From a virus, in the IMG/VR virus record IMGVR_UViG_3300027969_000087, positions 4,040 through 68,039 of that record: a DNA stretch of 64,000 nucleotides. One strand, given 5' to 3'. The notes under the pieces were generated by a model that was not told the origin of the DNA, ran no database searches, and worked only from the letters and a program-made list of their open reading frames with translations. Below, in pieces: positions 42,899-53,455 of the stretch; positions within the stretch are counted from its first letter, which is position 1, and the number at the start of each line of letters is the position of its first letter. The position numbers were made by a program, and so were the translations under genes.

Positions 42899-43578
42899 TT
42901 CCTACGATCACCCTCTGTCGATACTATGTTAATTGGAATAAACGCCTCGTGTGCAAAGCTACCCATAGCCTCGCCGTAGACGTCACCCCAATTCTTTAAC
43001 GGAACATTTGTTGTAACAATAGTCGGTAGTCCTGCATTGTACCTAGACCTTAACACAGCGTCAAAGGTATTTTCAGCCCACCCTGAAGCGGTCCTATGCT
43101 CTTTACCTAAATCATCTAATACAAGCAAGCTTATATTATCTGGGCCCTTCATATCGCCATAGACCTGCTCCATGAGGAAAGCCTCAGGACCATCGGTATC
43201 TTTCCAAGACTTCTGCTGGATACGTAGAAGTTTCGGATAGTCAACAAATAGCGCTGGATTTTTAACCGATATGTCAGGTGAACCCCAAAGTTCTGGGGTT
43301 GCCTTACGAATCACTTCTTGTAGTACAACACTAGCAAGAGTTGTCTTGCCGTGTCCTGGCTTGCCAACTAGCAATAATCCCATGCCACACTTCTTTGAGC
43401 CACGGGCCTTGATAATCTCACCAGAAAGTACAGAGTTTACCCATTTATTTATGAGAATCTCTGGTTCGCCCTCATAAGAAGCTAGGTCGTCCAAGGTTAG
43501 CCCTACAAACCGTTCAGGAATGCAGGCCTGATTTATCTGCCTACGGACCGAAGGCCGTAGTTCTGATATGTCGTACAT
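42895..43578 (-). CDS. DnaC/IstB-like helicase loader ATPase
   Basis: IPERF, GKPGHGKT, LVLDDLGKE, RSRY..PTIVTTN. Confidence 0.9.
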   Translation of the reverse strand: MYDISELRPSVRRQINQACIPERFVGLTLDDLASYEGEPEILINKWVNSVLSGEIIKARGSKKCGMGLLLVGKPGHGKTTLASVVLQEVIRKATPELWGSPDISVKNPALFVDYPKLLRIQQKSWKDTDGPEAFLMEQVYGDMKGPDNISLLVLDDLGKEHRTASGWAENTFDAVLRSRYNAGLPTIVTTNVPLKNWGDVYGEAMGSFAHEAFIPINIVSTEGDRRK

Positions 43579-44492
43579 TAGTCCTCCCATAACTTGAGCA
43601 TCTTTGACTGATGGTTCAAGAAGTCGTCATCTTGGTACTCTACCTCAGTTTCCCTGGAATAAATACCATGGACTGTTGGGTAGTACGCAATGAACCTACG
43701 CCATAAAGGATTACCTATGCCAGCATCGTTTGTCAAGCGGGGATCATTAAAGAACCCACGCATGGCTTTTAGGACCGTGTGACGGGTGATTCCTTCGCCC
43801 ACCTTTTGGTTAATCCAAGATGCTAGGCCTTTGCCATTCACCTGACTAGGGATTCCTGGGGCGTGAGCACGTGTTAGAGAGTAGAACTCAGCTAGCAGGT
43901 CGCTAGTAGTCCACTCGTCCTCTGGACGCTCCTGACGCAGCATAGAGGCCGGTACAGCCTCAAACTTGGTCTTCTTGTACTTCTGCCTACGCATCTCGGC
44001 TTTGTCTATAGGCTCTGTTAGTTTGCCTACAACCCCGGCCTCTACGTAATCCGTGGACTTCCTCGCTTTTTTGACTACTACCTCTTCATCTTCAAAACCT
44101 GGCCATGCCATATCTATAAACGCCTCCTTTTCGGGCTCGCCCGATACGTTAGTTGAACTTACGTTAGTAAGTTCTACTAATGTACTATTAGTTATTAGCT
44201 TACTAGCTGTACCGTATAAAAGGGTGCCTGAAAATCCGTCCCGGGTAAACCAGGCCTGGGTGATCTTTAATTCATAGGACCACTGGCCATTTTTATTACG
44301 GAAACTGGTCTCAGAAACGTACCCAGCAGATATCAATTCGCGCACAGCTTTACGTACCGCATCACGGCCTTCTGGCACGAGCGGATATATTTCGGCAGCA
44401 GAGAGTGCTTTGCCTGCAGCCATGTATAAACCCCAAATGCCTTTGGCACGTAGGGATAATTTTGAATCCAACAATGGTGTTGGGTCAATCAT
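43578..44492 (-). CDS. replication initiator (N-terminal winged HTH)
   Basis: DSKLSLRAKG...EGRDAVRKAVRELISAGY; lies directly upstream of the loader and helicase. Confidence 0.7.
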   Translation of the reverse strand: MIDPTPLLDSKLSLRAKGIWGLYMAAGKALSAAEIYPLVPEGRDAVRKAVRELISAGYVSETSFRNKNGQWSYELKITQAWFTRDGFSGTLLYGTASKLITNSTLVELTNVSSTNVSGEPEKEAFIDMAWPGFEDEEVVVKKARKSTDYVEAGVVGKLTEPIDKAEMRRQKYKKTKFEAVPASMLRQERPEDEWTTSDLLAEFYSLTRAHAPGIPSQVNGKGLASWINQKVGEGITRHTVLKAMRGFFNDPRLTNDAGIGNPLWRRFIAYYPTVHGIYSRETEVEYQDDDFLNHQSKMLKLWED

Positions 44493-44510
44493 CTAAGCCC
44501 TCCTAGATGT

Positions 44511-44798
44511 TTAAAGTGGAGGTACCCGCCTAGGTACACCCCGAAGTACTCTCGGATCTCTACTATCTATCAAAGTACTTACTAACATAGCACACGTCAT
44601 GCTAGCAAATGAACAAGCTAGTGCGGTGCAAATTACTACGCCCCACTTTTGCTCTACTGTAACAATAGATGCCACTGTTGATAATACTAGCGCTAAAAGT
44701 CCGCGCCACTTACCAATTGGAAATATTAGCTCTTCTACGCCAGTAAGCACAAATGCTACGGCAAGAGAGATTATCACTAGATCTGTCATGTCCCTCAC
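44511..44798 (-). CDS. three-TM membrane protein (holin candidate)
   Basis: Three hydrophobic segments and a basic C terminus. Confidence 0.55.
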   Translation of the reverse strand: MRDMTDLVIISLAVAFVLTGVEELIFPIGKWRGLLALVLSTVASIVTVEQKWGVVICTALACSFASMTCAMLVSTLIDSRDPRVLRGVPRRVPPL

Positions 44799-44804
44799 TA
44801 TACC

Positions 44805-47800
44805 TTATATTTTCTTAAAGATTACCCGGTCAAGCATAAACCCATTAACTCCAGCAGTACTGCTAGATGTTGTAGGGGTAAACGTAAACGTAATTTTAGC
44901 AAATACTGCATCCCATGGAACCTGTGCTTTTCCAAAAAGTAAGTTCCAACGTTGGGCATTATTTGACGTTAGCGTTAGACCACTAATAGATGTGCTAGTA
45001 GTGACAGCTGATGCTGTTGTACCATCAGCTTGGTACCAGTAAATAGTTGCTACGTAAGTTCCAGTACTTCTATTTACATATGTTCCAGTATCTACTGGAA
45101 GGCTCTTTATAGCTGCCGAGAAGTAGTAATTAATAGTATCGTTAGGGCCTGTTCCGGCAGCGGGTCGAACTCGTATATTTGTCTTTGATACTGATATAGA
45201 GGTCGGAGATGTAGATGTACCGACTACCCTTAGCCAAGACGTACTGTATGCTCCATAAAGAGTATTGGAGTTAGTATCTGTATATATACTGCCTATTCCT
45301 ACAGCTTTAGCGGATACAGTATTAGTACCACTTACCCAGTTATTTAAATTGTTTTCAAAAGAATTCTCAACAAATACTGATGAGTCAACTTCTGGTAATG
45401 AAACAGGTGTAGGGTCTCCCTGAGTAAATTTAAAGCTAGCTCCCAATGGCAAATAATTGCTAACACTACGTTGCAGACGCTCAAGCTTGTTATCTTGACG
45501 TGTCCAGAAATAGCTTCTACCTCCACCAATAAGTGGACGAGTAGCAGAATACATCAAGGCAACGCCGTCTTTAGGATGGATTGTTGAAACTGTAGTTCCA
45601 ACTGAAGGATCAACAAACGGAGTAGGAGTTGTACCAAACTCCATTTGAGCACCGTCTACATAGTACGTTCCAGACGTTAGATTAGATCCAATATGTAGGT
45701 ATAGATTAATAGGTGTAGTTCCCGTAGTAAATTTAGGTACTTGTACGGTGGTATGGATTCTAGTCCAAGTATTAAGAGGTACTACAAAAGAACCACCGGA
45801 ATCAATTGCGGTATCACCAGCGGCGCTTACACCCAATAGAGTTGTAAGCGAGGATGTAGTGGATGTGCCACACCCAATAGTGTAAGTTCCTGCAGGACCG
45901 TATACATACGCAGATACTGTAACGCTCTCCCCACCACTAAGGTAGGATGAAACGGTGTCTGATCCTGATAACGTAATGATTGATGGGAAATAAGAGTTTG
46001 TGTACACTTGGTAGTTACTAGAAGCACTGGCGGTAACAGCTAACGAGTAGGAACTAAACTTTGCTTGAGCATTGCTTCTAGTCATAGCAGACGCTGAAGC
46101 AGTTTGTCGTGTCCAACCAGTAGTATTAGTTTCAAGACTGGGGTTAGCTAACCAGTTAGTAGTAGTACGTGTTTCCCACTCACAATCTGCGTCTCCAACA
46201 AAATCTTCCGTCAAGGGATTAGTAGGTGCTAGACCACCGGTTCCTTGGAAGTATGTATTAGGTATGCTAGATGTAGCAAGTCCATTTGTAAATGTGCCAG
46301 AAGTTGACGAAGTAACTGTAAATGTTGTCGTAGTAGGTACGCTAGCTACGGTCCAGTTTCCTGTGTAAGAGTTTGTTCCAGAAATACTTACACTGTTTCC
46401 TGCAACTAATCTATGTACAGAACTAGTAGTGACTGTAAAGGTACCTGAAGCTGGGGTAGCGGGTTCAATTTTTGATATAGCAGTATTTGATGGTCCAGCA
46501 GCTTCAAGAAGACAAGCATCTACATAATAAGAGTTGCCAGAAGTAGTACTAGGGAAATTAATAATTGCTTTAGCAACTGGTAAGCCATTATCAGCAACAT
46601 ACTCAGGAGACCTAACAGTTACAGAAATGCGCGTAAAAGTAGTGGCGTTAATAGTTACTGGGTCAGAGTAAATAATGCCCGTAGGTGCAGGTAAGTAACT
46701 ACTATATGCATCTTTAGATACTTTAATCTGATCCACAGCTTTTTGTGGAAAGGTAAACTCAATGCCTACTTTAGCTGTTTTTGTAGCAGGACCTTTAACA
46801 TAAGCACTAAAGGTGTAGTAAGTATTAGGGTCTAGAGTTATCCAGTCTGAGTGTATAGCTCCAACGTTGTTGGCCGCAGTAAACTTACCTGAAGTAGCTC
46901 CATACACATAGTTTGCTGTATCAATGCTCAAAGTTCCATTGAGAATACCCCAACCATTTGTGCCATAATCGAAGCCAGGATTTGGAAGGTAATTAGTTCT
47001 AGTCCCATCAAGCTGAATATTTACAGTTCTAGCATCTTCATAAATTGGATACCCAGCACCAAAAGAAAGATCTGATTTAGGGATCTCAGCAAATTGCAGA
47101 TCATCAATATAAAAAATTGTTCCGCTTGTACCTGATATAGCAAAAGAAATGCCTGCATATGCTGCGTTTGATGGCGCAGTTGCATCTGTAGTTGTGAGTG
47201 ATGACTCAAGTTTTGTCCACCCAGCGTTTGTAGGGTTAACTGTGGAATTATAAACTGTTGAGCCTATTTGAGTACCTGTTAAATCAAACCACTGAATTCC
47301 AGCCGCAATAGTAGTGCTGGTTGCGTTAGCTTCACGTACATACCCTGAAAAATAGTATTTAGTGCCCGGGGTTACTGGAATAGTGTCCGTACGCTTATGG
47401 TCGCTAGAGTAAGAGTTAACAGTTGCAGTAGTTGCAGTAGTTGTAATACTTCCATAGTAACCTTGCTTAACTTTAAAGTACGTAGAAGTTGTATCCGAAA
47501 GACCTGTTGTAAGGCCTATAGGAGGTGATTGGGCTGATGTTAAATTGCCTGAGCCATTATATGCATTTGATGCAAGAGTTGCACCAGTAGCAGTCCAAGT
47601 ACCAATACCGCCTTCAAATGAAGAAGTTAGGTAATCTAAGAATAGGTTAGTTCCTAAAGTAACTGTGTTACTAAAATGCGTCAGCGATTTAACATAAATG
47701 CTAAGGCCAAGAGATGAGCCTTTTAGGGAATTAATTGTGTTGCCGTACCTAAACAAAGAGCGGTGGTACTGGTCACCTAAGGTTGGTTCAGAAATAAAAC

Positions 47801-48485
47801 CCATGTCATTAATAGCCGTAGCTAACTGTCGACGAGGATAAAATCTGTAGTCACTTGAGCGATGTATATTTTTTGCTTGCAAGTTTAATTTGTCATAGTA
47901 AAAGCCAAACCCGCTCATAAACGTATAAATATCAGTTTCTACAAGATCACCGTTAGGGTTTCTTTCTTGATTGTATCTATCTGGATATGAGCCAGTTTCA
48001 GTAATATTTGAATTATCTGATGTCCAAACTCCTGGAAGCATGCTTATTAGTTTTAAAGTTGTAGAATGATCATCGGAAACTACAATTACTTCTACCGCAC
48101 CGCAAAAATACCAATCTAACCCGTTAAATATCCAAAAGGAGTATGTTACTTCAGTACCTGTAGGAAATTTAGACTCTGTATCAGTAAACGTACCTCCAAG
48201 TACTGCGTTAACTCCCAGTGTACCGCCAGGTGCTGTACCACCAGTTACATAAATTCCATCATTAGGGTGATCTGGGACTCCGCTACCGGTTTTAATAATT
48301 TTCCAGTGAGTGGCTGTAGGAGCACCGCCACTAACGTCAACATTAATTGATTTCCAAGATAGGTTTACAACCCTGTAATCTGTTTGTAGGGCGTTTATAT
48401 TAGAGTTATATGCTGTAGTTGCAGCATCTTGGTCACCATAATAAACCCCAGCTCCATAGAGGGAGCCAGCTCCATATCTAGCCAT
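44805..48485 (-). CDS. baseplate wedge/tail protein (P2 gpI-like) with carbohydrate-binding-like repeats
   Basis: LPGVW..FYYD..LKGS..GL segment; repeated N-x-x-x-NP-[SG]-[FL]-[DE]..GW modules; follows baseplate J. Confidence 0.7.
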   Translation of the reverse strand: MARYGAGSLYGAGVYYGDQDAATTAYNSNINALQTDYRVVNLSWKSINVDVSGGAPTATHWKIIKTGSGVPDHPNDGIYVTGGTAPGGTLGVNAVLGGTFTDTESKFPTGTEVTYSFWIFNGLDWYFCGAVEVIVVSDDHSTTLKLISMLPGVWTSDNSNITETGSYPDRYNQERNPNGDLVETDIYTFMSGFGFYYDKLNLQAKNIHRSSDYRFYPRRQLATAINDMGFISEPTLGDQYHRSLFRYGNTINSLKGSSLGLSIYVKSLTHFSNTVTLGTNLFLDYLTSSFEGGIGTWTATGATLASNAYNGSGNLTSAQSPPIGLTTGLSDTTSTYFKVKQGYYGSITTTATTATVNSYSSDHKRTDTIPVTPGTKYYFSGYVREANATSTTIAAGIQWFDLTGTQIGSTVYNSTVNPTNAGWTKLESSLTTTDATAPSNAAYAGISFAISGTSGTIFYIDDLQFAEIPKSDLSFGAGYPIYEDARTVNIQLDGTRTNYLPNPGFDYGTNGWGILNGTLSIDTANYVYGATSGKFTAANNVGAIHSDWITLDPNTYYTFSAYVKGPATKTAKVGIEFTFPQKAVDQIKVSKDAYSSYLPAPTGIIYSDPVTINATTFTRISVTVRSPEYVADNGLPVAKAIINFPSTTSGNSYYVDACLLEAAGPSNTAISKIEPATPASGTFTVTTSSVHRLVAGNSVSISGTNSYTGNWTVASVPTTTTFTVTSSTSGTFTNGLATSSIPNTYFQGTGGLAPTNPLTEDFVGDADCEWETRTTTNWLANPSLETNTTGWTRQTASASAMTRSNAQAKFSSYSLAVTASASSNYQVYTNSYFPSIITLSGSDTVSSYLSGGESVTVSAYVYGPAGTYTIGCGTSTTSSLTTLLGVSAAGDTAIDSGGSFVVPLNTWTRIHTTVQVPKFTTGTTPINLYLHIGSNLTSGTYYVDGAQMEFGTTPTPFVDPSVGTTVSTIHPKDGVALMYSATRPLIGGGRSYFWTRQDNKLERLQRSVSNYLPLGASFKFTQGDPTPVSLPEVDSSVFVENSFENNLNNWVSGTNTVSAKAVGIGSIYTDTNSNTLYGAYSTSWLRVVGTSTSPTSISVSKTNIRVRPAAGTGPNDTINYYFSAAIKSLPVDTGTYVNRSTGTYVATIYWYQADGTTASAVTTSTSISGLTLTSNNAQRWNLLFGKAQVPWDAVFAKITFTFTPTTSSSTAGVNGFMLDRVIFKKI

Positions 48486-48507
48486 ATAAGTACACCGATC
48501 CTAAAAA

Positions 48508-48855
48508 CTATTTATTGTCGGCGTTACGATTGCCTTCGACAATGTGTTGCTGAAATTTACCCGATAGGTTTGCTACTTCATCCCCCATCTTAGTCATTCT
48601 TTCGTCTATTTTCAGCATAGTTTGGGACATATTATTAACAGCTTCGCGTAATCCACCGCCATTTGGACCAAACTGATGCTCAATTCGCTCTAAACGATCC
48701 TCAAGCCTCATAGAAGAAGACTCAATACTTTGTTGACGCCTATCAATTTTTCTCCACATTTGAAACACACCTGCAAATCCTGCTACTAGTACGGAGCCCA
48801 CCTGAGTAATACCTGCTGCGGTATTTACGTCTATTGCTGCTAATAGTGTACTCAT
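48508..48855 (-). CDS. single-TM coiled-coil protein (holin-like membrane protein)
   Basis: N-terminal TM segment, FGPNGGGLREAV motif. Confidence 0.6.
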   Translation of the reverse strand: MSTLLAAIDVNTAAGITQVGSVLVAGFAGVFQMWRKIDRRQQSIESSSMRLEDRLERIEHQFGPNGGGLREAVNNMSQTMLKIDERMTKMGDEVANLSGKFQQHIVEGNRNADNK

Positions 48856-49391
48856 TACATTCCCGTTAGTAGTAGTGGGTTGATAGTTTGTAGTGCTTGA
48901 AGATTTGTAATATCTGCTTTAATTGTATTGTAGTTAGTGTCATTAACTACTACTACTAAATTAGTTCCCACAGATGGGATACCCGCAGAGCTTACGTTAA
49001 AACCTAGGTTAGTGGTACCTGTAACATATGTTTCAAAAAGATTTGCCGTGTTTCCTGTTACGTTTTTTAGCGCAAGAGTAACAGTGCCTGTAGCTGCAGT
49101 TATAGTGCTAGCCGCGTCTGTTCTTACATACGGGGTGCCTGAAACCCCTAGTCTTAATCCACGCTCAATATTACTAAGTCTTGCATGTACTGAAGTAAAA
49201 GCTGAAGAGCTGTTTGAAAAAGCAGTGCTAGTTTGATCTTGATAGAGGATGCCGGAACCCAAAGTAGATTCGATAGCTATAATTTCGTCGTATGCCGAAT
49301 TAACGTCATTAGCCGCTATAGTATTTACAAGGTCTGTTCTAGGTACTAGCTGTGCAATGCCAACTACACTGCCTGGATATACAGCGGCCAT
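48855..49391 (-). CDS. minor tail/structural protein
   Basis: MAAVYP..DLVNTIAANDVN..EIIAIE..LG; position in the tail cluster. Confidence 0.6.
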   Translation of the reverse strand: MAAVYPGSVVGIAQLVPRTDLVNTIAANDVNSAYDEIIAIESTLGSGILYQDQTSTAFSNSSSAFTSVHARLSNIERGLRLGVSGTPYVRTDAASTITAATGTVTLALKNVTGNTANLFETYVTGTTNLGFNVSSAGIPSVGTNLVVVVNDTNYNTIKADITNLQALQTINPLLLTGM

Positions 49392-49464
49392 CTATTAATC
49401 TCCATAATGCTCTGGGATCCCTCTTTATATACTCTCTGATTATAGAGAATAAATCTTTTTAAAA

Positions 49465-51003
49465 CTATACAAATCCGCCGGTTGGCGTAATCGTTAGGTT
49501 AGCTGCAGTAAGTGACGCAATTTGACCTGCGTTAAGTTGTAGATCCGATACCGCAGTACCTCCGGAGGAAGTAGTTGATAATCTAGTAAAGGTTACATTT
49601 AGTACGCCTGGAACAGCCATAAGAAGAGCAATAATAGCTGACTGAGTTATGTTTGCCCCAAAACCGTATGAGTTATAAGAAAATAGTCCTATATACTCAT
49701 CTAGAAGTGCTTTAGCTACATTAATCTTAACATCTCGCTGTTTATATGCTGAATCAACAGTTATATTTAATGCGAGATATATCGGTACATAGGTGGGTGG
49801 TGAAACAGTTACTGTTGTAGTAGCGGGACACCTAGAGGTTAATAACTCAAGTACTTGAGCTTGTATGCTGTACCATGAAGCAGTTGGTGTACCTGAAGAG
49901 ATACCTGGTGTAGCAGTAAGGTCATTAAACGGCTGTACATATACAGTTACTGAGTTATACACAGATGACTCCGCATTTGCGCGGCCAACTCCATACAAAC
50001 CAACGGCAAGATTTTTATAGTCATCTATTGTAACAGCTCTATTTCTAGCGGTAAGTGTGCTTTGTAAAGCTACCCGTAAAGAAGCTAAATTCTCACCGTC
50101 AGTACCTCCAAATGCATCTGAGGCATTTGTAACATTAAGTCCGTAATTTGACGAAATATTATATCCTTGCCCTGGTATATAAGTTGGATACGCAGACACT
50201 GAGCTTGAAGGAACGTTTCCAAATACACCTACACTTGTTTTGTATACAGCTGATACGGTTCCAGATGGAATAGCCCCACATACCCCATCCCCAAAAATAA
50301 TGGTAATAGTCCCGTTCTCATCCATCTTTGTAGTGTAAACAGTATTATCAGGGCCATACTCAATAATAGTATCTACATAACTCCACTTAACTAGAGCATT
50401 TGCCTCTCCAACATAAACCTGTACAGAATCTCCAATAACACCTGAGTTAGGTATTGAAAACTCTTGATAAGCATATGTAGATGCTTCTCCTAAAGAAACT
50501 GGAAGTACATATCCATATGCATCGACACCATCCCCGTTTGTCTTACCTTCAACAGCCGATAAGGTTACGCTTGCTCCAGCAGCAAGTTGCGGGTAATCCG
50601 TAATAGTTTCAAAGTAAGCTGTAGTGTAGCTGCCTGTAGTAATTGGTGCTTCAACCTGTGTTCCTGCTGGTATATCAATCGCATTAGCAGAAGTATTAGT
50701 AAACGTTAGGTAAACATATGCTGGTGAGGGACCAGAAACACGGTAACCAAAAAGCTCAGCAAAGTTTAAAAGTGTACTTTTTTGAGTAGCTGTCTGAACA
50801 GCTGCCTCATTAAGTGCTCTATCAATATAGTAAGACAAAAGATCTCCGGCATATGCAAATGCTTCTACCAGGGCAAGACCAAAATCTGAACTACTCGAAG
50901 TTGAGTTAGGGTTCCAGTTTGGAACTCTTTGTTGCACTACTTTAATAAGTTCGTCTCTTAAAGAGTCATAATCACGAGAGGTGTAGTCTACTTGGTAGGC
51001 CAT
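49465..51003 (-). CDS. baseplate wedge J / T4 gp6-like protein
   Basis: DYTSRDYDS, DFGLALVEAFAY.GD.LSYYID, FGDG..GAIP, GGTDGE, RAVT..DY. Confidence 0.92.
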   Translation of the reverse strand: MAYQVDYTSRDYDSLRDELIKVVQQRVPNWNPNSTSSSSDFGLALVEAFAYAGDLLSYYIDRALNEAAVQTATQKSTLLNFAELFGYRVSGPSPAYVYLTFTNTSANAIDIPAGTQVEAPITTGSYTTAYFETITDYPQLAAGASVTLSAVEGKTNGDGVDAYGYVLPVSLGEASTYAYQEFSIPNSGVIGDSVQVYVGEANALVKWSYVDTIIEYGPDNTVYTTKMDENGTITIIFGDGVCGAIPSGTVSAVYKTSVGVFGNVPSSSVSAYPTYIPGQGYNISSNYGLNVTNASDAFGGTDGENLASLRVALQSTLTARNRAVTIDDYKNLAVGLYGVGRANAESSVYNSVTVYVQPFNDLTATPGISSGTPTASWYSIQAQVLELLTSRCPATTTVTVSPPTYVPIYLALNITVDSAYKQRDVKINVAKALLDEYIGLFSYNSYGFGANITQSAIIALLMAVPGVLNVTFTRLSTTSSGGTAVSDLQLNAGQIASLTAANLTITPTGGFV

Positions 51004-51398
51004 TAGTAAATATCTCCTGAATTCGTTCCGTCACTTAATAAAGCCGCTGTTTTAATAATCGTAGCTCCTACAGTATCATCTGGAAAGCTCAATAGCAGCT
51101 CAACTGAAGACTGCCCCAAACTATTAGGATCTGTAATCTTTAAGCTTACAATAGTAATATCGGGTAAATATGTTGCAATAGAACGTCTAATAGCCTCGGT
51201 AATTGCTAACTCGTAATCATAGGCAGACTCATATAAAGCTCTAGCCATGTCTGTACCATAACCTGGGCGCATGGGTCTCTTGTAAACTACCGTAGATAAT
51301 ATGCTATTTACTCTATCTAAATAGATTTTTTGCGTTTCAGTTGTGGTATCAATAACCCCAAAAGAATTTAAAGTAAACGGGTGGGAAATAGCTATCAT
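51003..51398 (-). CDS. baseplate wedge gp25/GPW-like protein
   Basis: HPF, LST...RPMRPGYGT, YLP. Confidence 0.85.
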   Translation of the reverse strand: MIAISHPFTLNSFGVIDTTTETQKIYLDRVNSILSTVVYKRPMRPGYGTDMARALYESAYDYELAITEAIRRSIATYLPDITIVSLKITDPNSLGQSSVELLLSFPDDTVGATIIKTAALLSDGTNSGDIY

Positions 51399-51401
51399 AA
51401 T

Positions 51402-53156
51402 TTAATACCACTCAAGAGCACATCGGTAGAACTCGCCACCACCAGCACGCATAAAGTACAGCCAGTTAACACCATCAAGTGATCTAATGTTAAGCATTTT
51501 ACGTCCATCAAACGCTGAAGGCGCAATGTAAGGCAACGTACCCAATGGCTCAACAAATCCATCTGAAAGACGGATCCCGTATAAACGAGTAGTACCTTGC
51601 GTCAAAAGAGCCATACGGTTGTTATCGTAAAGAATGCAGTGCTGTGAACCCGTGGATGGCAGGTCAGTGCCAAGGTAAGAAGTTGAACCTGCACCTAGCG
51701 ACGGGTTAATTCTAGTGAACACGCGTGTACCAATGTCATAGCGGTAGATAGGCGCGTTTGTACCACCTTGAATAAAGAACAGAGAGAAAGGCGCGGCCTC
51801 TTTACCGTAATGTAGCATAGATCCACCAGTTACGTTTACAGGCAATGTAGCGCCACCAGGAGCTACCCATGCTGTAGCAGCAGTTAAGCTAAGGTCATTG
51901 CGATAGAACGTAGCAGTACCTGAGCCTGTGGTTTGGTAGATAAAATCGTTTGGCGGAAGAATCTTATATACACTGTCTGTACTAAAGGTTGTAAAGCCAG
52001 CAGTCGGGTTCTTACTTCCAGTATTAAGAGTTTCCAAAGTAATCACTGTAGTTGTATTACTTGCAATACGCCTACGCTGACCCGCACCAGTTCCAGAAAT
52101 AATTAGTACATCGCAATCACGATACTGGTTTGTAGTAAATATAGCTACGCTTTCAGTGATAGTGGTAGCAGCAAACGTCGCAGTTGAGCCTGTGTTTTGA
52201 GTTGTCGCAGTACTTCCATTACCTGTTGGGTACTCTATGACAAAAGTATCACCAACAGCAAGGGAAGATACCGCCGAGCTAAGAGTAGTGGTTACAGTAT
52301 CTAGTGCGCAGGTTATTGCACTACTTACAGCAAAGGCATTAGCCACAGATAGCGTAACAACTTTACCTGTTATGTTTGTAATGTAGGCGTTATAGCCAAT
52401 ACCTGTACCTACAACCGTCATACCTGCAGCAAGGTTAGTTGTGTCATCAACCGTGATAGTTGTTCCAGCAGCTGCGCCAGTAGCACGAGTGGTGTACCGA
52501 GTTCCTCGGGACACAGTAATAGCGCTAATAGTCCTTCGGCTACCTGAAGATGCTCCAGAGGTAAGGCGCACCGCGCACCCTACATACCCACCATTAAGCA
52601 AAGAGTTACCAAGCGTCTCTACTAAAGACGATGTTGTAGAGCCAGCTATTGTTGTACCAGAAGCAAAGGGTTCCCCAAATCCAGCGTCTTCAACAAAAGC
52701 AAGAGATCCGCCGTTGAAAGGCCCAGCACCTGTAGTAAGAGCATTTGTTCCTGTCATGCTAGTTGCAGTTAGTGGTTGAAACACCGTACCTAGAACGGTT
52801 ACTGCAGTGGGGTTTAGGTTAAGCCCTTGCCAAGTGACAGTAGCGACTGCGCCACCATTAGTGAACCACAAAAAGTTACGAGCCGAGTCGTACATAAGGT
52901 CACAGCCAGAAGCACCGACGTTAATGCCTGAACCAATTAGCAATTGCCAACCATCAGACCAAGTATCGTATCGGTAAAGAGTAGACGTACCAGTAGTAGA
53001 GTTACCCGCAGTACTACCCGTGTTTAGGTAGTACACATATCTTTGATTATCATAAGCAATAGATGCGCCGTAGTTACTTGCACCAACAGGATTGAACGAA
53101 AGCCAATCCCATGTTGGAAGGTCCGTACCTTTCCGAAAATTGCTATTCCAAGCCAT
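51402..53156 (-). CDS. tail fibre/receptor-binding protein candidate (beta-propeller-like ends, beta-rich core)
   Basis: YRYD repeats, ISGTGAGQRRRIASNT motif, Thr/Gly-rich; start trimmed to ATG 53156. Confidence 0.6.
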   Translation of the reverse strand: MAWNSNFRKGTDLPTWDWLSFNPVGASNYGASIAYDNQRYVYYLNTGSTAGNSTTGTSTLYRYDTWSDGWQLLIGSGINVGASGCDLMYDSARNFLWFTNGGAVATVTWQGLNLNPTAVTVLGTVFQPLTATSMTGTNALTTGAGPFNGGSLAFVEDAGFGEPFASGTTIAGSTTSSLVETLGNSLLNGGYVGCAVRLTSGASSGSRRTISAITVSRGTRYTTRATGAAAGTTITVDDTTNLAAGMTVVGTGIGYNAYITNITGKVVTLSVANAFAVSSAITCALDTVTTTLSSAVSSLAVGDTFVIEYPTGNGSTATTQNTGSTATFAATTITESVAIFTTNQYRDCDVLIISGTGAGQRRRIASNTTTVITLETLNTGSKNPTAGFTTFSTDSVYKILPPNDFIYQTTGSGTATFYRNDLSLTAATAWVAPGGATLPVNVTGGSMLHYGKEAAPFSLFFIQGGTNAPIYRYDIGTRVFTRINPSLGAGSTSYLGTDLPSTGSQHCILYDNNRMALLTQGTTRLYGIRLSDGFVEPLGTLPYIAPSAFDGRKMLNIRSLDGVNWLYFMRAGGGEFYRCALEWY

Positions 53157-53455
53157 TAGTAGGTCCACCTATTCTTACGCACGTTGTCTGCTAGACCACG
53201 CATTTGGAGCCTCTGAACTTCTCGTGGCTCAACGACGGTTGGTGAGTAAGTATCGTACCAAATGGGGGTCGTAGCGCCATTAGCTGAGTTACCTGCGCTA
53301 CCTGCAAGCATGGCGCTTCTAGTAACAATTGTCGTATTAGTATCAGCAATAACCCTAATACGGTCACCAGAATCACGCGAGAATGTTAGAAGGTTAGCGA
53401 GTCTTCTAATTGCTTCTTCCGTACTTAGATTATCAAAAGCATTGCGTAGTGCCAT
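53156..53455 (-). CDS. hypothetical tail-associated protein
   Basis: TAATG coupling on both sides. Confidence 0.6.
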   Translation of the reverse strand: MALRNAFDNLSTEEAIRRLANLLTFSRDSGDRIRVIADTNTTIVTRSAMLAGSAGNSANGATTPIWYDTYSPTVVEPREVQRLQMRGLADNVRKNRWTY

